From a candidate division WOR-3 bacterium (lineage in GTDB: Bacteria; Hydrothermota; 32-111), in assembly GCA_039804105.1 (NCBI GenBank), contig JBDRZU010000001.1, positions 1,295,985-1,359,984 of the forward strand: a DNA stretch of 64,000 nt, given 5' to 3'. Both the position numbers and the translations under genes were made by a program. A model generated the notes under the pieces. The model did not search any database. It had not been told where the DNA came from and saw only the letters and a program-made list of their open reading frames with translations. This document shows, one piece after another, positions 32,227 through 42,047 of the stretch. How positions within the stretch are numbered: the first letter of the stretch is position 1; every line of letters starts with the position of its first letter.

Positions 32227-33113
32227 AAGAGGAAGTTCTTGAATTTCTTGAATATCTGAAAAGCAATAAAGGATATTCTGAAAATACCATAAAGTCTTAT
32301 GAAGATGATCTTGATCAATTCATTTATTTTCTAAAGGAAAATCAAATAAACGATTTTAAATCGGTAAAAAGGAACGATATAAGAAGTTTCATAACTTTTC
32401 TTATCGAATCAAAACTTTCAAAACGGTCCATCACAAGAAAAATATCGACACTAAAAACATTTTTCAAATTTTTGAAACATAAAGAGATAATAGAAAATGA
32501 TCCAATGGCTTTCTATAAAGGGCTAAAGTCTGAAAAAAAATTGCCGCAGACACTTTCTGTTGCTATTGTTTCAAAATTTCTGGATTCATTTAAAGATGAT
32601 GATTTTCTGGAGTTAAGGGATCACCTTATTTTTGAAATCCTTTACGGCTGTGGCACAAGATCGAATGAACTTATAAACATTGAAGATAAAGATATTGACC
32701 TTGAAAATAGGATAATAAGAATAGAGAAGGGGAAAGGGGATAAAGAAAGAATAGTTCCGTTTAACAATAAAATAAAAGAGTTGATCATAAAATATATACC
32801 TTTAAGGGATAAAATCAGAAGACAAGAGTGTAAAACACTTTTGATTTCAAGAAATGGGAAAAAACTTGATAATAGTATAATCAGGAAAATTGTAAAAAAA
32901 AGAATCAAAAATTTTGCTGAAATATCGAACATTTCTCCACACACTTTAAGACATTCTTTTGCCACACATCTTTTAAATGGTGGAGCTGATATCAGGTTTG
33001 TTCAGGAACTTCTTGGGCATTCTTCGATAGGAACTACACAAATATATACGCATACATCAGTTGAAAGATTGATAGATGTTTACAACGATTGTTTTAAAAG
33101 AAATGATCAATAA
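32223..33113 (+). CDS. xerD: tyrosine recombinase XerD/XerC family
   Basis: The 296-aa product has the catalytic-domain motifs RDHLIFEILYGCGTRSNEL...HTLRHSFATHLL...LLGHSSIGTTQIYTH. It overlaps the stop of the upstream M14 gene by 4 nt. Confidence 0.8.
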   Translation: MKEEVLEFLEYLKSNKGYSENTIKSYEDDLDQFIYFLKENQINDFKSVKRNDIRSFITFLIESKLSKRSITRKISTLKTFFKFLKHKEIIENDPMAFYKGLKSEKKLPQTLSVAIVSKFLDSFKDDDFLELRDHLIFEILYGCGTRSNELINIEDKDIDLENRIIRIEKGKGDKERIVPFNNKIKELIIKYIPLRDKIRRQECKTLLISRNGKKLDNSIIRKIVKKRIKNFAEISNISPHTLRHSFATHLLNGGADIRFVQELLGHSSIGTTQIYTHTSVERLIDVYNDCFKRNDQ

Positions 33114-34024
33114 CTTTTTCCGTTATCGATAAGATTTTTGGATATACCAATTTTTAGATTTTTCAAAGAATTTTTGTTGTAAAAAAATTGAACAGAATCA
33201 GTTTTCGAGAAACCTATCTCTTCAGGTTTTTCCCCATTATATAATCTTATAGCAAGGTTTCCACAGAGGTATCCGTGATATGACGGGTCTGGTGAGATCG
33301 CAAAGGTTGCTCCGTTTTTTACAAAGGTTGAATATGGAGCGATTATTGGGATATTTTCGCTTTTTGAAATTTTTAGAAGATTTTCAAATCCTTCCTTAGA
33401 GGTTATAAGTTTGTCTTTACCAAGCCATAATGCCTTTATCCCCACAGTTTTTAAAAGTTTGAAAGTTAAAGGAAGATCATCTAAACTTGAAATATTACCA
33501 AGTTCAACAAATAACCCTTCCTCTTCTGCGATGGTTTTAAACTTTTTTGCATATTCTAAAGAATTATCAACTGAAAAAATTAAACCCAAAGAATCATAGA
33601 GAGGCATATTATTTTTCATCCAGGAAAAAATAGTTTTTTCATTAAGATCAAAGATAACACCACACACATTTTTTTTATTTTTAATGTTATTTGGAACACT
33701 TGTAACCATAGACACTATAAGAGGAATTGAATCTATCTTTTCTGCGATCTCTTTTACTGCAAAATAACCAACAAGAAGGGCAGTTGATGGTTTCTCATTT
33801 TTTATCTTTTCCACAATAAAATCAACATTTTTTTGCTCGTTGTTCAAGTTGAAATACACAAGATCATATTCGGCTCTTTCTTTAAAAGAATAAAGCATTG
33901 GAGAATATATTTCGTTATCCTCAGATTGGATTATATATATATTAAATGAGAAGATTTTTAGGAATAAAAATATTAGAAACAAAAATACACTAATTTTTTT
34001 CATAAATGATGCCTTTTTTACCAA
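33107..34024 (-). CDS. ABC transporter substrate-binding protein (ABC_sub_bind/PF04392-like), secreted
   Basis: The product has a signal peptide (an alternative start at 34003 gives MKKISVFLFLIF...) and a periplasmic-binding fold pattern. It converges on xerD with a 7-nt overlap. Confidence 0.4.
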   Translation of the reverse strand: MVKKASFMKKISVFLFLIFLFLKIFSFNIYIIQSEDNEIYSPMLYSFKERAEYDLVYFNLNNEQKNVDFIVEKIKNEKPSTALLVGYFAVKEIAEKIDSIPLIVSMVTSVPNNIKNKKNVCGVIFDLNEKTIFSWMKNNMPLYDSLGLIFSVDNSLEYAKKFKTIAEEEGLFVELGNISSLDDLPLTFKLLKTVGIKALWLGKDKLITSKEGFENLLKISKSENIPIIAPYSTFVKNGATFAISPDPSYHGYLCGNLAIRLYNGEKPEEIGFSKTDSVQFFYNKNSLKNLKIGISKNLIDNGKSY

Positions 34025-35276
34025 TATCTGTCCTATAAAAAGTGTTATCGATATTTATTTTTTTAATATTAGTGTAAACTCTTTCAATCGATTTTTCAAG
34101 GGTGGTGTCAAACGAAGTTATATTTAAAATTCTTCCTCCCGTATTTTCATAAATATTGTTTTCAATCTCCTTTGATGAAGCATGGAAAAGTATTGTTTTA
34201 TTATCAAAAATTTTTTCATCGATTGAAAATTTGATTCCCTTTTTGTAGTCGTCAGGGTAACCTTTTGCTGCTATTACAACAGTTGTAGCATAAAAATTGT
34301 TTAATTTGATATCTTTTGTTTTCAATTCACCTGATGCTATTTCAAGCATTATATCGTAAAGGGAAGAGTCCAATAAAGGAATTATCGATTGTGTTTCTGG
34401 ATCACCGAATCTTGCATTGAATTCAACAACAAATATGTCACTACCGCTCACCATAAGGCCAGCATACAATAGTCCCTTGAATGGCTTTCCTTCTTTTCTT
34501 AGTGCATAAAGAATAGGATCAACAATTTTTTCAACACTTTTATCAACGAGTTTTTGATTAAGAAGTTTGCATGGAGCATAGGAACCCATACCTCCGGTGT
34601 TTGGTCCACTATCGTTATCAAAAGCTTTTTTATGATCCTGGGCAGGGGGAAGAAGTAAAAATTTTTCCCCATCTGTTAAAATAAAAAGTGAACATTCATC
34701 ACCTGATAAGAACTCTTCAAAAACCAATCTTTTGGCAGCTTCTTTAAAAATGTTTCTATGATAAATATCTTCCAGAGCTTTATTGAAATCATCATCATTT
34801 TTAATTATCAAAGCACCTTTTCCTCCTGCAAGTCCTGAAACCTTGATAACGAATGGAAATGAAAATTTTCTTTTAAAATCTTTTGTTTCTTCAAGAGAGT
34901 TTGAAATCTCATACCTTGCTGTTGGAACATTGTATTTCTTCATCAGATTTTTAGCAAACGACTTATCGGTTTCAATCTTTGCGCTCTCCTTTGATGGTCC
35001 AAAAACTTTTATTCCTTTTGATTCTAAAATGTCTACCGCCCCTTCATCCAAAAATTTTTCTGGTCCTATAACAACCATCTGTATATCTTTTTCTTTAACA
35101 AATTCTGCAAGATCTTCGTAAAAATTTGATTTTGAAAATTCGGGAGATTTCAAAGAATAACTTGCTATTGTTGGGTTTGGATCGTATGAGTAAACGAGTG
35201 CTTTATCTCTGTTCAACTTATAACAAAGAGCTGATTCCCTTCCACCATTTCCAAGTAAAAAGAGATTTCTTTTCAT
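33990..35276 (-). CDS. purD: phosphoribosylamine--glycine ligase
   Basis: The 428-aa product has an ATP-grasp domain and N-terminal LLGNGGRESAL, and contains the EFNARFGDPETQ motif. Confidence 0.9.
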   Translation of the reverse strand: MKRNLFLLGNGGRESALCYKLNRDKALVYSYDPNPTIASYSLKSPEFSKSNFYEDLAEFVKEKDIQMVVIGPEKFLDEGAVDILESKGIKVFGPSKESAKIETDKSFAKNLMKKYNVPTARYEISNSLEETKDFKRKFSFPFVIKVSGLAGGKGALIIKNDDDFNKALEDIYHRNIFKEAAKRLVFEEFLSGDECSLFILTDGEKFLLLPPAQDHKKAFDNDSGPNTGGMGSYAPCKLLNQKLVDKSVEKIVDPILYALRKEGKPFKGLLYAGLMVSGSDIFVVEFNARFGDPETQSIIPLLDSSLYDIMLEIASGELKTKDIKLNNFYATTVVIAAKGYPDDYKKGIKFSIDEKIFDNKTILFHASSKEIENNIYENTGGRILNITSFDTTLEKSIERVYTNIKKINIDNTFYRTDIGKKGIIYEKN

Positions 35277-35824
35277 AGATTAAAGTCCTCTTCAGAGAAT
35301 ATTTCGGCTTGAAACTTATAAATCTGTGTATCTTTTTCTTTATAGCAATCAGGATAAAGCCCTGCCTTTAAACAGGTTTGTTTCAAAAATTGTTCTCTAT
35401 CATAGCCCCATTCGGTTGCAACCTGGGGAAGCAATAAACCACTTCGAAAACCTTTTTTAACAAGTAGCCCATCTTTTCCCACAGTTATATCTTTTAGATC
35501 TTGAACTTTTTGAAGTGGAGTTAAAACAGAAATTTCGATCTTTACTCTTTCAAATTCCTCAAGAGTCAAAGGATAAAATCTCGGATCGTTAAATGCTGCT
35601 TCTATAGCCATCTGTGAAACTGCTTTATAAAGTTCCATAACAGGTTGAATATAACCTATACATCCTCTCAAATCGCCATCGATTTTCAATGTTACAAAAC
35701 ATCCAGATTTCTTTTTCAATTCCTCGCTTTCCGGTTCAGTTAAAATTAAACTTTCACCATTCAATTCTTTAAGGATCGTTTGCCTTGCGAGTTTTAAAAG
35801 ATAAATTTTATCTTTGTTATCCAT
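35273..35824 (-). CDS. AMMECR1 domain protein (AmmeMemoRadiSam system protein A-like)
   Basis: The 183-aa product has CFVTLKIDGDLRGCIGY, the AMMECR1 CxxxxC/GCIG signature. Confidence 0.75.
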   Translation of the reverse strand: MDNKDKIYLLKLARQTILKELNGESLILTEPESEELKKKSGCFVTLKIDGDLRGCIGYIQPVMELYKAVSQMAIEAAFNDPRFYPLTLEEFERVKIEISVLTPLQKVQDLKDITVGKDGLLVKKGFRSGLLLPQVATEWGYDREQFLKQTCLKAGLYPDCYKEKDTQIYKFQAEIFSEEDFNL

Positions 35825-36647
35825 TTTTTACTCCAACAAAAGAAGTGTATCCAACAGTATAACCCGAGTAATCGTTTGTGACATCAGCGCTTGTTATATG
35901 GTGAAGTTGTACAAAGTTTTTTATATTGTACTTTTTATTTAAAAGCAAAATCAAAGTGATCGGCCCAAAGCCACACGCAGGAGAATTTCCAGAAATTTCC
36001 TCTTCAACTATATAATCGTAGAAAAGTTTATAGTCATTTGAAGAAATTTTTAAAATAGTTTTTTTATCTGTTTCGATTGCTTCATCATAATCGTTTCCAT
36101 GATAGAGATCTGAAGATGCAATGAAACATGTCTTTGACAGGTTGAATTCTGAAATCTTTTCAACAAAATCGAGAGCATTTTCAACTGTCTGTTTGGCCAT
36201 TATCAATGGAACAAAAAGAAAATCTTTTGAAAAGATGTATCTTAAAAAGATCGATTGGACTTCAACCGAGTGTTCATCGTTATGAATGTTTTCATTGAAT
36301 ACAAAATTTTTTGATTTTAACCTGTTTAAAAAATCTCTATCGATTGTTATGTCTCCAAAAGGTGTTTCCCAGATCTCTGATTCAGGCATAACAAATCCAT
36401 CAAAAAGATGGTGATGGGATGGGCCAATGACAACTATTCTTTCTATATCTTTATCCTTTAACAGTTTGTAAAAGTGGTATGCTGTGAATCCTGAATAGAT
36501 GATACCTGCGTGAGGAACTATTCCTGTGAAAATTTCACCTTTGATTTTTTGATCTATGTTCTCATCGAATTTTTTAAAAAGTTTTTCTATTTGATTCGCA
36601 GAAGAAGGGTAAAAATAACCAGCAAATTTCGATTGTCTTTTTTTCAA
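35817..36647 (-). CDS. MEMO1 family protein (AmmeMemoRadiSam system protein B-like)
   Basis: The 276-aa product has VPHAGIIYSGFTAYHFY and downstream His/Asp-rich Memo-like motifs. It is translationally coupled on both sides (dapA upstream, AMMECR1 downstream). Confidence 0.7.
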   Translation of the reverse strand: MKKRQSKFAGYFYPSSANQIEKLFKKFDENIDQKIKGEIFTGIVPHAGIIYSGFTAYHFYKLLKDKDIERIVVIGPSHHHLFDGFVMPESEIWETPFGDITIDRDFLNRLKSKNFVFNENIHNDEHSVEVQSIFLRYIFSKDFLFVPLIMAKQTVENALDFVEKISEFNLSKTCFIASSDLYHGNDYDEAIETDKKTILKISSNDYKLFYDYIVEEEISGNSPACGFGPITLILLLNKKYNIKNFVQLHHITSADVTNDYSGYTVGYTSFVGVKNG

Positions 36648-37531
36648 ATTTTCTCCTTTTTCAAGCCCATATCAATCACTGTTTTTTCAACGAGTTTTTT
36701 GTTATTTTCCGATAAAGGAGCGAGAGGTAATCTTAACTCTCCGGAATCGAGATTTAAAAATTTCATGCAATATTTTACAGGAACCGGATTTGTTTCAACG
36801 AATAAAACTTTTGAAAGCGGATATAGAAATTCATGAAGTTTCCTGCACTCCTCTAAATCGTTTGCATAGAAGAGTTCGAATAATGATTGCATATAATCTG
36901 GAACAACATTTGATATGGTTGAAATTATACCAACACCTCCAACTGAAAGTAAGGGTAAAAACAAAGAGTCCTCACCAGACATAACAGAAAATCCCTTTTT
37001 AGCTTTCAAAAGTATTTCCGTTGTCTGGTTTATATTCCCACTCGCTTCTTTTATACCAACTATATTTTTTATCTCTGAAAGATAAGCAACAGTCTCAGGT
37101 AAAATATTTACACCTGTTCTTGATGGAACATTGTATATGACTATTTCAAGTTTTGTTGATTTTGCTACCTTTTTAAAATGTTCAACGAGTCCCTGCTGGT
37201 TTGGTTTGTTGTAATATGGTGTTATAACAAGAGCATAATCGACTCCGATACTTTCAGCTATTTTTGTTTTTTCAATAGTTTTTTCCGTGTTGTTTGTGCC
37301 TGTTCCAGCAATAAGATAAGCATTTTTCTTATTCGAATTTGCAACTCTTACAACTTTTTCCCATTCATCATCGGATAAAGCGGGTGATTCTCCAGTTGTG
37401 CCACATGCAAGAATTCCCGAAACATTTTTATCGAGTTGTCTTTTGATCTGTTTTTTAAACAGTTCAAAATCAATATTTTTGTCCTTTTTGAAAGGAGTTA
37501 TCAAAGCAGTGCAACAACCTTTTAATCCCAT
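36644..37531 (-). CDS. dapA: 4-hydroxy-tetrahydrodipicolinate synthase
   Basis: The 295-aa product has ALITPF ... GILACGTTGESPALS and an active-site Lys context VGIKEASG. Confidence 0.88.
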   Translation of the reverse strand: MGLKGCCTALITPFKKDKNIDFELFKKQIKRQLDKNVSGILACGTTGESPALSDDEWEKVVRVANSNKKNAYLIAGTGTNNTEKTIEKTKIAESIGVDYALVITPYYNKPNQQGLVEHFKKVAKSTKLEIVIYNVPSRTGVNILPETVAYLSEIKNIVGIKEASGNINQTTEILLKAKKGFSVMSGEDSLFLPLLSVGGVGIISTISNVVPDYMQSLFELFYANDLEECRKLHEFLYPLSKVLFVETNPVPVKYCMKFLNLDSGELRLPLAPLSENNKKLVEKTVIDMGLKKEKI

Positions 37532-37539
37532 ATTACCTC

Positions 37540-38202
37540 CTATTTTACATACATACTATCCATTGTAAGTGGTGGATTTATTTTTATATTCTGATAATGG
37601 ATATCTTCAACAACATCCCCCTTTTCAAAATTGTAGAAACCTATCAAAAGATTGTTTTCATCGAAAAACATTTTTGTTTCATCAAATCTGTATTTTTCAA
37701 GGTTTATGTTTTTTATATGTATAAAATTTGTTTTAACCCCTTTGAATTTTGCTTCACCTGTAAAAATTTCAACACCATTATCATCTAATATATCTAAAGT
37801 TCTGTTCAAAACATAAGGCCAGTCGGATTCTGCTATAGTGATACCTCTTATATTTTTTACTAATGAATTCGATAGATCTAAAGTCAATTTTATTTTTGAA
37901 AGTATGCCACCCTGTCTTCCGGTTACCTTTTGAGTTTTACAGTCAAAAAATGCTTTGCTGCCAATTCGATCACCTTTTATTGACTCCATTCTTATATACT
38001 TTGGCTTTAAAAATTTATAATCCCAGTAATTATCCGTCGATTTGTTGTTTGATTTCACATATTCATGAAGTATACATGTGTATGTTGTGGTTGTATCAAG
38101 AATGGATTTAAAAGAGTTTAGAATTTTTAGAGATTCCTCCTTTTGGTCAGAAAAAAGTGTCAGGGAAACAAACAAAAAAACAATAACAAAAAATTTTTTC
38201 AT
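37540..38202 (-). CDS. secreted LolA-like / outer-membrane lipoprotein-sorting fold protein (putative)
   Basis: The 220-aa product has a signal peptide and a beta-rich pattern resembling LolA-like DUF families. The call is low confidence. Confidence 0.3.
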   Translation of the reverse strand: MKKFFVIVFLFVSLTLFSDQKEESLKILNSFKSILDTTTTYTCILHEYVKSNNKSTDNYWDYKFLKPKYIRMESIKGDRIGSKAFFDCKTQKVTGRQGGILSKIKLTLDLSNSLVKNIRGITIAESDWPYVLNRTLDILDDNGVEIFTGEAKFKGVKTNFIHIKNINLEKYRFDETKMFFDENNLLIGFYNFEKGDVVEDIHYQNIKINPPLTMDSMYVK

Positions 38203-40595
38203 TTTTTCCTCTTTTTTGTATTCTTATCGAGTGCTAAATCTATAACCTGATCAAAATTTTTTACAAAATAAAATTTTAAACCTTTCAATGTGTCCTTTGA
38301 GATTTCATCAAGATCCCTTTTGTTGAATTCAGGTAATATTATGTTTTTGATTCCAGCAAGTTTTGCACCGATGATCTTTTCTTTTACTCCCCCAATTGGT
38401 AGAACCTTTCCTCTCAGAGTTATCTCTCCAGTCATTGCTATATCACTCCTTACAGGAATTTCTGACAAGATGGATACAATTGATGTTGCGAGAGTAATCC
38501 CTGCAGATGGTCCATCCTTTGGAATAGCACCTTCGGGAAGATGAATGTGAAGATCATACTTTTCAAAATCCTCTGGTTTTATTTTAAATTTCTTGTAGTT
38601 AGCTTTTATGTATGATAAAGCAGCCCGTGCACTCTCTTTCATCACATCACCGAGTTGTCCTGTTAATATGAGGTTACCTTTTCCAATCATCTTTATCGCT
38701 TCAACAAAAAGTATCTCTCCACCATTTGGAGTCCATGCCATTCCGGTTGTTATACCTATTTCAGATTTCTTTTCTGCTTTATCTGACAAAAATTTTCTTT
38801 TACCTAAATAATCCTTTACATTGTTCTGATCAATACGGAATTTTTTGTTTTTATTTTCAGCGATCTTTTTTGCAACTTTTCTGCATATACTTCCTATAGT
38901 TCTTTCAAGGTTTCTCACACCTGCTTCTCTTGTGTAACCATCGATTATCTCTTTCAATCCTTCATCTGTTACAGTCAGGTTATCTTTAGTTAAACCATTT
39001 TCTTCTATCTGTCGTGGTAAAAGGTATCTTTTAGCGATAAAAATTTTATCGTTTATTGTATAACCCGGGAGTTCAATAACCTCCATTCTATCCAAAAGTG
39101 CAGGTGGAATCGTATAAAGAACATTTGCTGTTGTTATGAACATCACCTGTGAGAGATCATAAGCAAGATCAAGATAATGATCCTGAAAAGTATCGTTCTG
39201 CATTGGATCAAGAACTTCAAGTAATGCACTTGATGGATCACCCCTAAAATCTGAACCGATTTTGTCGATCTCATCGAGCATAAAAACGGGATTTGAAGTT
39301 TTTGCTTTTTTAATTTCCTGTATTATCCTTCCAGGTAATGCTCCAACATAGGTCCTTCTATGACCTCTTATCTCTGCTTCGTCATGTATTCCACCGAGAG
39401 AAATCCTTACAAAACTCCTTCCGAGTGCTCTTGCAATAGATTTCCCCAGAGAAGTTTTTCCAACACCTGGAGGTCCAACAAAACAGAGTATTGGTCCTTT
39501 CGAATCATTTTTCAATTTTCTTACAGCAAGGTATTCGAGTATCCTTTCTTTAACTTTTTCGAGATCATAATGATCTTCATTTAAAATTTTTTCAGCTCTT
39601 TTTATATCAAGATTATCTTTAGAATATTCGTTCCATGGCAGTTCAAGTATCCAATCGATATATGTTCTTGAAACATTATAATCAGGCATCATAGGGTTCA
39701 TCATCTCAAGCTTTTCAATTTCCTTTTCTACGGTTTCGATGACATTCTGTGGCATCCTCTTTTTCTTTAACTTTTCTCTCAACTCGTTTATCTCTTTATC
39801 TTTGGGATCATCTTCTCCAAGTTCCTCTTTTATCGCCTTCAACTGTTCCCTCAGGAAAAATTTTTTCTGGTCCTCATTGATTTCACTTGTAACTTTTGAT
39901 TTGATCTTTTGACCGAGTTCGATTATCGATGTCTCTTTTGCAAGTATTTCGCTGATCCTCTCCATCCTTTTGGTTGAATTTTTTATCGTAAGGATTTCAT
40001 ATCTTGTATTCACATCGATGGGAAGATTTGAAGCGATAAAATCTGCAAGTTTCCATCCTTCCTGAATGCTATCAAGTATTTGAAAAATTTCTTCGGGAAA
40101 CTGTTGTGATAGTTTTATGTAATTTTTGAACTGCTCTTTTAAGTTTCTTATGAGTGCCTGATAAGTTATCGTTGTACTTTCAACTTCCTCAATCTGTTTA
40201 TATTTTACCAGGAAGTATGGTTTATCGTTTGTTAATATTTCTTCTATTTTTGCTCTTTTCATTCCCTGTAAAAGTATTCTAACAGAACCATCGGGAAATC
40301 TGAGCATCTTCATTATATTCGCTATAACACCGAACTCTTCAATCTCTTTTGTTGTAAGATTTGAAAGATTTTCTTTTCTTGTGTATCCTAAAAATATGAG
40401 TTTGTTGTGTGATAGCGCATCATCTATAAGTTTTATCTGATTTGGTTCATTTACAGCAACAGGTAGAATTAAAAGCGGATAGATTATAACATCGTTTCTA
40501 ACAAGTAACGGTAAAATTTCAGGAAGTTCTTTATTCTCCTCATTAACCTCTTGTTCATTGTTTTCAACATTTTTTAGATTTTCATCCATAGCCAA
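38199..40595 (-). CDS. lon: ATP-dependent protease Lon (LonA type)
   Basis: The 798-aa product has an N-terminal LON domain, AAA+ Walker A (GPPGVGKTSLGKSIA) and the S16 protease motif DGPSAG with catalytic Ser. Confidence 0.92.
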   Translation of the reverse strand: MAMDENLKNVENNEQEVNEENKELPEILPLLVRNDVIIYPLLILPVAVNEPNQIKLIDDALSHNKLIFLGYTRKENLSNLTTKEIEEFGVIANIMKMLRFPDGSVRILLQGMKRAKIEEILTNDKPYFLVKYKQIEEVESTTITYQALIRNLKEQFKNYIKLSQQFPEEIFQILDSIQEGWKLADFIASNLPIDVNTRYEILTIKNSTKRMERISEILAKETSIIELGQKIKSKVTSEINEDQKKFFLREQLKAIKEELGEDDPKDKEINELREKLKKKRMPQNVIETVEKEIEKLEMMNPMMPDYNVSRTYIDWILELPWNEYSKDNLDIKRAEKILNEDHYDLEKVKERILEYLAVRKLKNDSKGPILCFVGPPGVGKTSLGKSIARALGRSFVRISLGGIHDEAEIRGHRRTYVGALPGRIIQEIKKAKTSNPVFMLDEIDKIGSDFRGDPSSALLEVLDPMQNDTFQDHYLDLAYDLSQVMFITTANVLYTIPPALLDRMEVIELPGYTINDKIFIAKRYLLPRQIEENGLTKDNLTVTDEGLKEIIDGYTREAGVRNLERTIGSICRKVAKKIAENKNKKFRIDQNNVKDYLGKRKFLSDKAEKKSEIGITTGMAWTPNGGEILFVEAIKMIGKGNLILTGQLGDVMKESARAALSYIKANYKKFKIKPEDFEKYDLHIHLPEGAIPKDGPSAGITLATSIVSILSEIPVRSDIAMTGEITLRGKVLPIGGVKEKIIGAKLAGIKNIILPEFNKRDLDEISKDTLKGLKFYFVKNFDQVIDLALDKNTKKRKK

Positions 40596-40601
40596 TCCTT
40601 T

Positions 40602-41012
40602 CTATTCTATATTTATCTTTTTAATCTTTTTGTAAACGAGGGGAATCTCAATTCTTAAAAATCCGTTGTTGTATTCTACTTCCATGTTATCGATGTCACT
40701 GTTTGAGGGAATTTTAAACCTTCTCTCAAATGGCCCATACTCTATTTCCATGTGGTAATAACAGATGTCATTTTCTATAAAAGATTTTCTTTTCTTCTCA
40801 CCTTTTAAAATTAAAATATCGTCACTTACCGTAAGAGAAATATCTTTCTTTTCTACACCTGGTATTTCGACAACTATTATAAATCTGTCTTTCACCTCAT
40901 ATATGTCCGCTGGTGGTATAAGATGAGTCCTTCTGTAAGAAACAACCCTTGAAAATCCAAAAAAATCGTCTATTAAACTATCCAATTTTTCATTGAAAGG
41001 ATCATCCTTCAT
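40602..41012 (-). CDS. Hsp20/alpha-crystallin family small heat-shock protein
   Basis: The 136-aa product has an alpha-crystallin domain pattern (ADIYEVKDRFIIVVEIPGV ... FERRFKIP) and the C-terminal IEI motif. Confidence 0.8.
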   Translation of the reverse strand: MKDDPFNEKLDSLIDDFFGFSRVVSYRRTHLIPPADIYEVKDRFIIVVEIPGVEKKDISLTVSDDILILKGEKKRKSFIENDICYYHMEIEYGPFERRFKIPSNSDIDNMEVEYNNGFLRIEIPLVYKKIKKINIE

Positions 41013-41021
41013 CTAACCTCC

Positions 41022-42047
41022 TTATTTTCTTATAAGAGAAACATTTCCTCTGCCTGATACTATATTTCCAATCTTTCTATATTCTATTTTAATTTTTTTG
41101 AAGAAATTTTCAACATCCAAAACGTCTTTTTTGTCAACTATCAAAACGATCCCGATACCCATATTGAAAACTCTGTATGCTTCTTCAAATTCTACATTTC
41201 CAAGTTCACAAAAATTTTTAAATAGGTCTGGAACTTCCCATGAAGAGGTATCTATAAGAGCATCAACTTTATCGGGAAGAATCCTTTTAATGTTATCCTT
41301 AAAACCACCGCCTGTAATGTGGGCTATTCCTTTTACTTTCTTATGCTCAATTAAAGGATAAACTTCTTTGAAGTACGATCTATGTGGTTTTAAGAGTTCT
41401 CTGTATAAAGGTTCTTTTGAGTTATTAAGAGATTTTTTTAAATCTAAATTTTTTTCCTTTATTATTCTTCTTATCAACGAGTAACCATTGGTATGAAACC
41501 CGTTTGAAAAAAGTCCAAAAATCTGATCACCGGTTTTTATCTTTTTTCCTGTTATGAGTTTATCTTTTTCACATATTCCAACTATGAATCCAACGATATC
41601 ATAATGTGTGAAATTGTAAACATCTGACATCTCTGCTAATTCCCCTCCAACAAGAGAAAGAGAATTTTTTTTGCAGGCATTGACCATTGAAGTAATTATC
41701 CTGTTTACAATTTTTCTATCGAGTTTTCCCATTCCAATGTAATCAAGAAAATACAAAGGTTTTGCTCCAACAGCGAGGATATCATTTACAGAGTGGTTGA
41801 CTATATCCTCTCCAAGGTTATCAAAAAAGTTTACCTGTTCTGCTATTAGAACTTTTGTTCCAACACCGTCACATGATGATATTAAAACCGGGTTTTTGTA
41901 ACCTAAAAATTTCCCAGAGTACATACTTCCAAAAGTTCCAATATCTGAAAGAACATTTTTGGAGTAGGTTGATTTTACAAGGTCTTTTATATCCTTTACA
42001 GTTTCGTTTGCCTGATTGATGTTAACACCAGAATCTTTATACTTCAT
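41022..42047 (-). CDS. purM: phosphoribosylformylglycinamidine cyclo-ligase (AIR synthetase)
   Basis: The 341-aa product has the PurM N- and C-domain motifs (YKDSGVNI...; AHITGGG). Confidence 0.9.
   Translation of the reverse strand: MKYKDSGVNINQANETVKDIKDLVKSTYSKNVLSDIGTFGSMYSGKFLGYKNPVLISSCDGVGTKVLIAEQVNFFDNLGEDIVNHSVNDILAVGAKPLYFLDYIGMGKLDRKIVNRIITSMVNACKKNSLSLVGGELAEMSDVYNFTHYDIVGFIVGICEKDKLITGKKIKTGDQIFGLFSNGFHTNGYSLIRRIIKEKNLDLKKSLNNSKEPLYRELLKPHRSYFKEVYPLIEHKKVKGIAHITGGGFKDNIKRILPDKVDALIDTSSWEVPDLFKNFCELGNVEFEEAYRVFNMGIGIVLIVDKKDVLDVENFFKKIKIEYRKIGNIVSGRGNVSLIRK

Noticed and set aside
32223-33113. Tyrosine recombinase as a marker of an integrated mobile element
   Set aside because: The product has the XerD-like C-terminal motifs (LLGHSSIGTTQIYTH). 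No flanking direct repeats, excisionase or phage genes are present, and the neighbours are ordinary chromosomal genes.
38199-40595. Lon protease plus nearby PglZ domain as a BREX remnant (BrxL + PglZ)
   Set aside because: The Lon is a full LonA (N-terminal LON domain, AAA+, S16) in a housekeeping operon. The PglZ domain is fused to a receiver domain as in PorX. No brxA/B/C or pglX methyltransferase is present.
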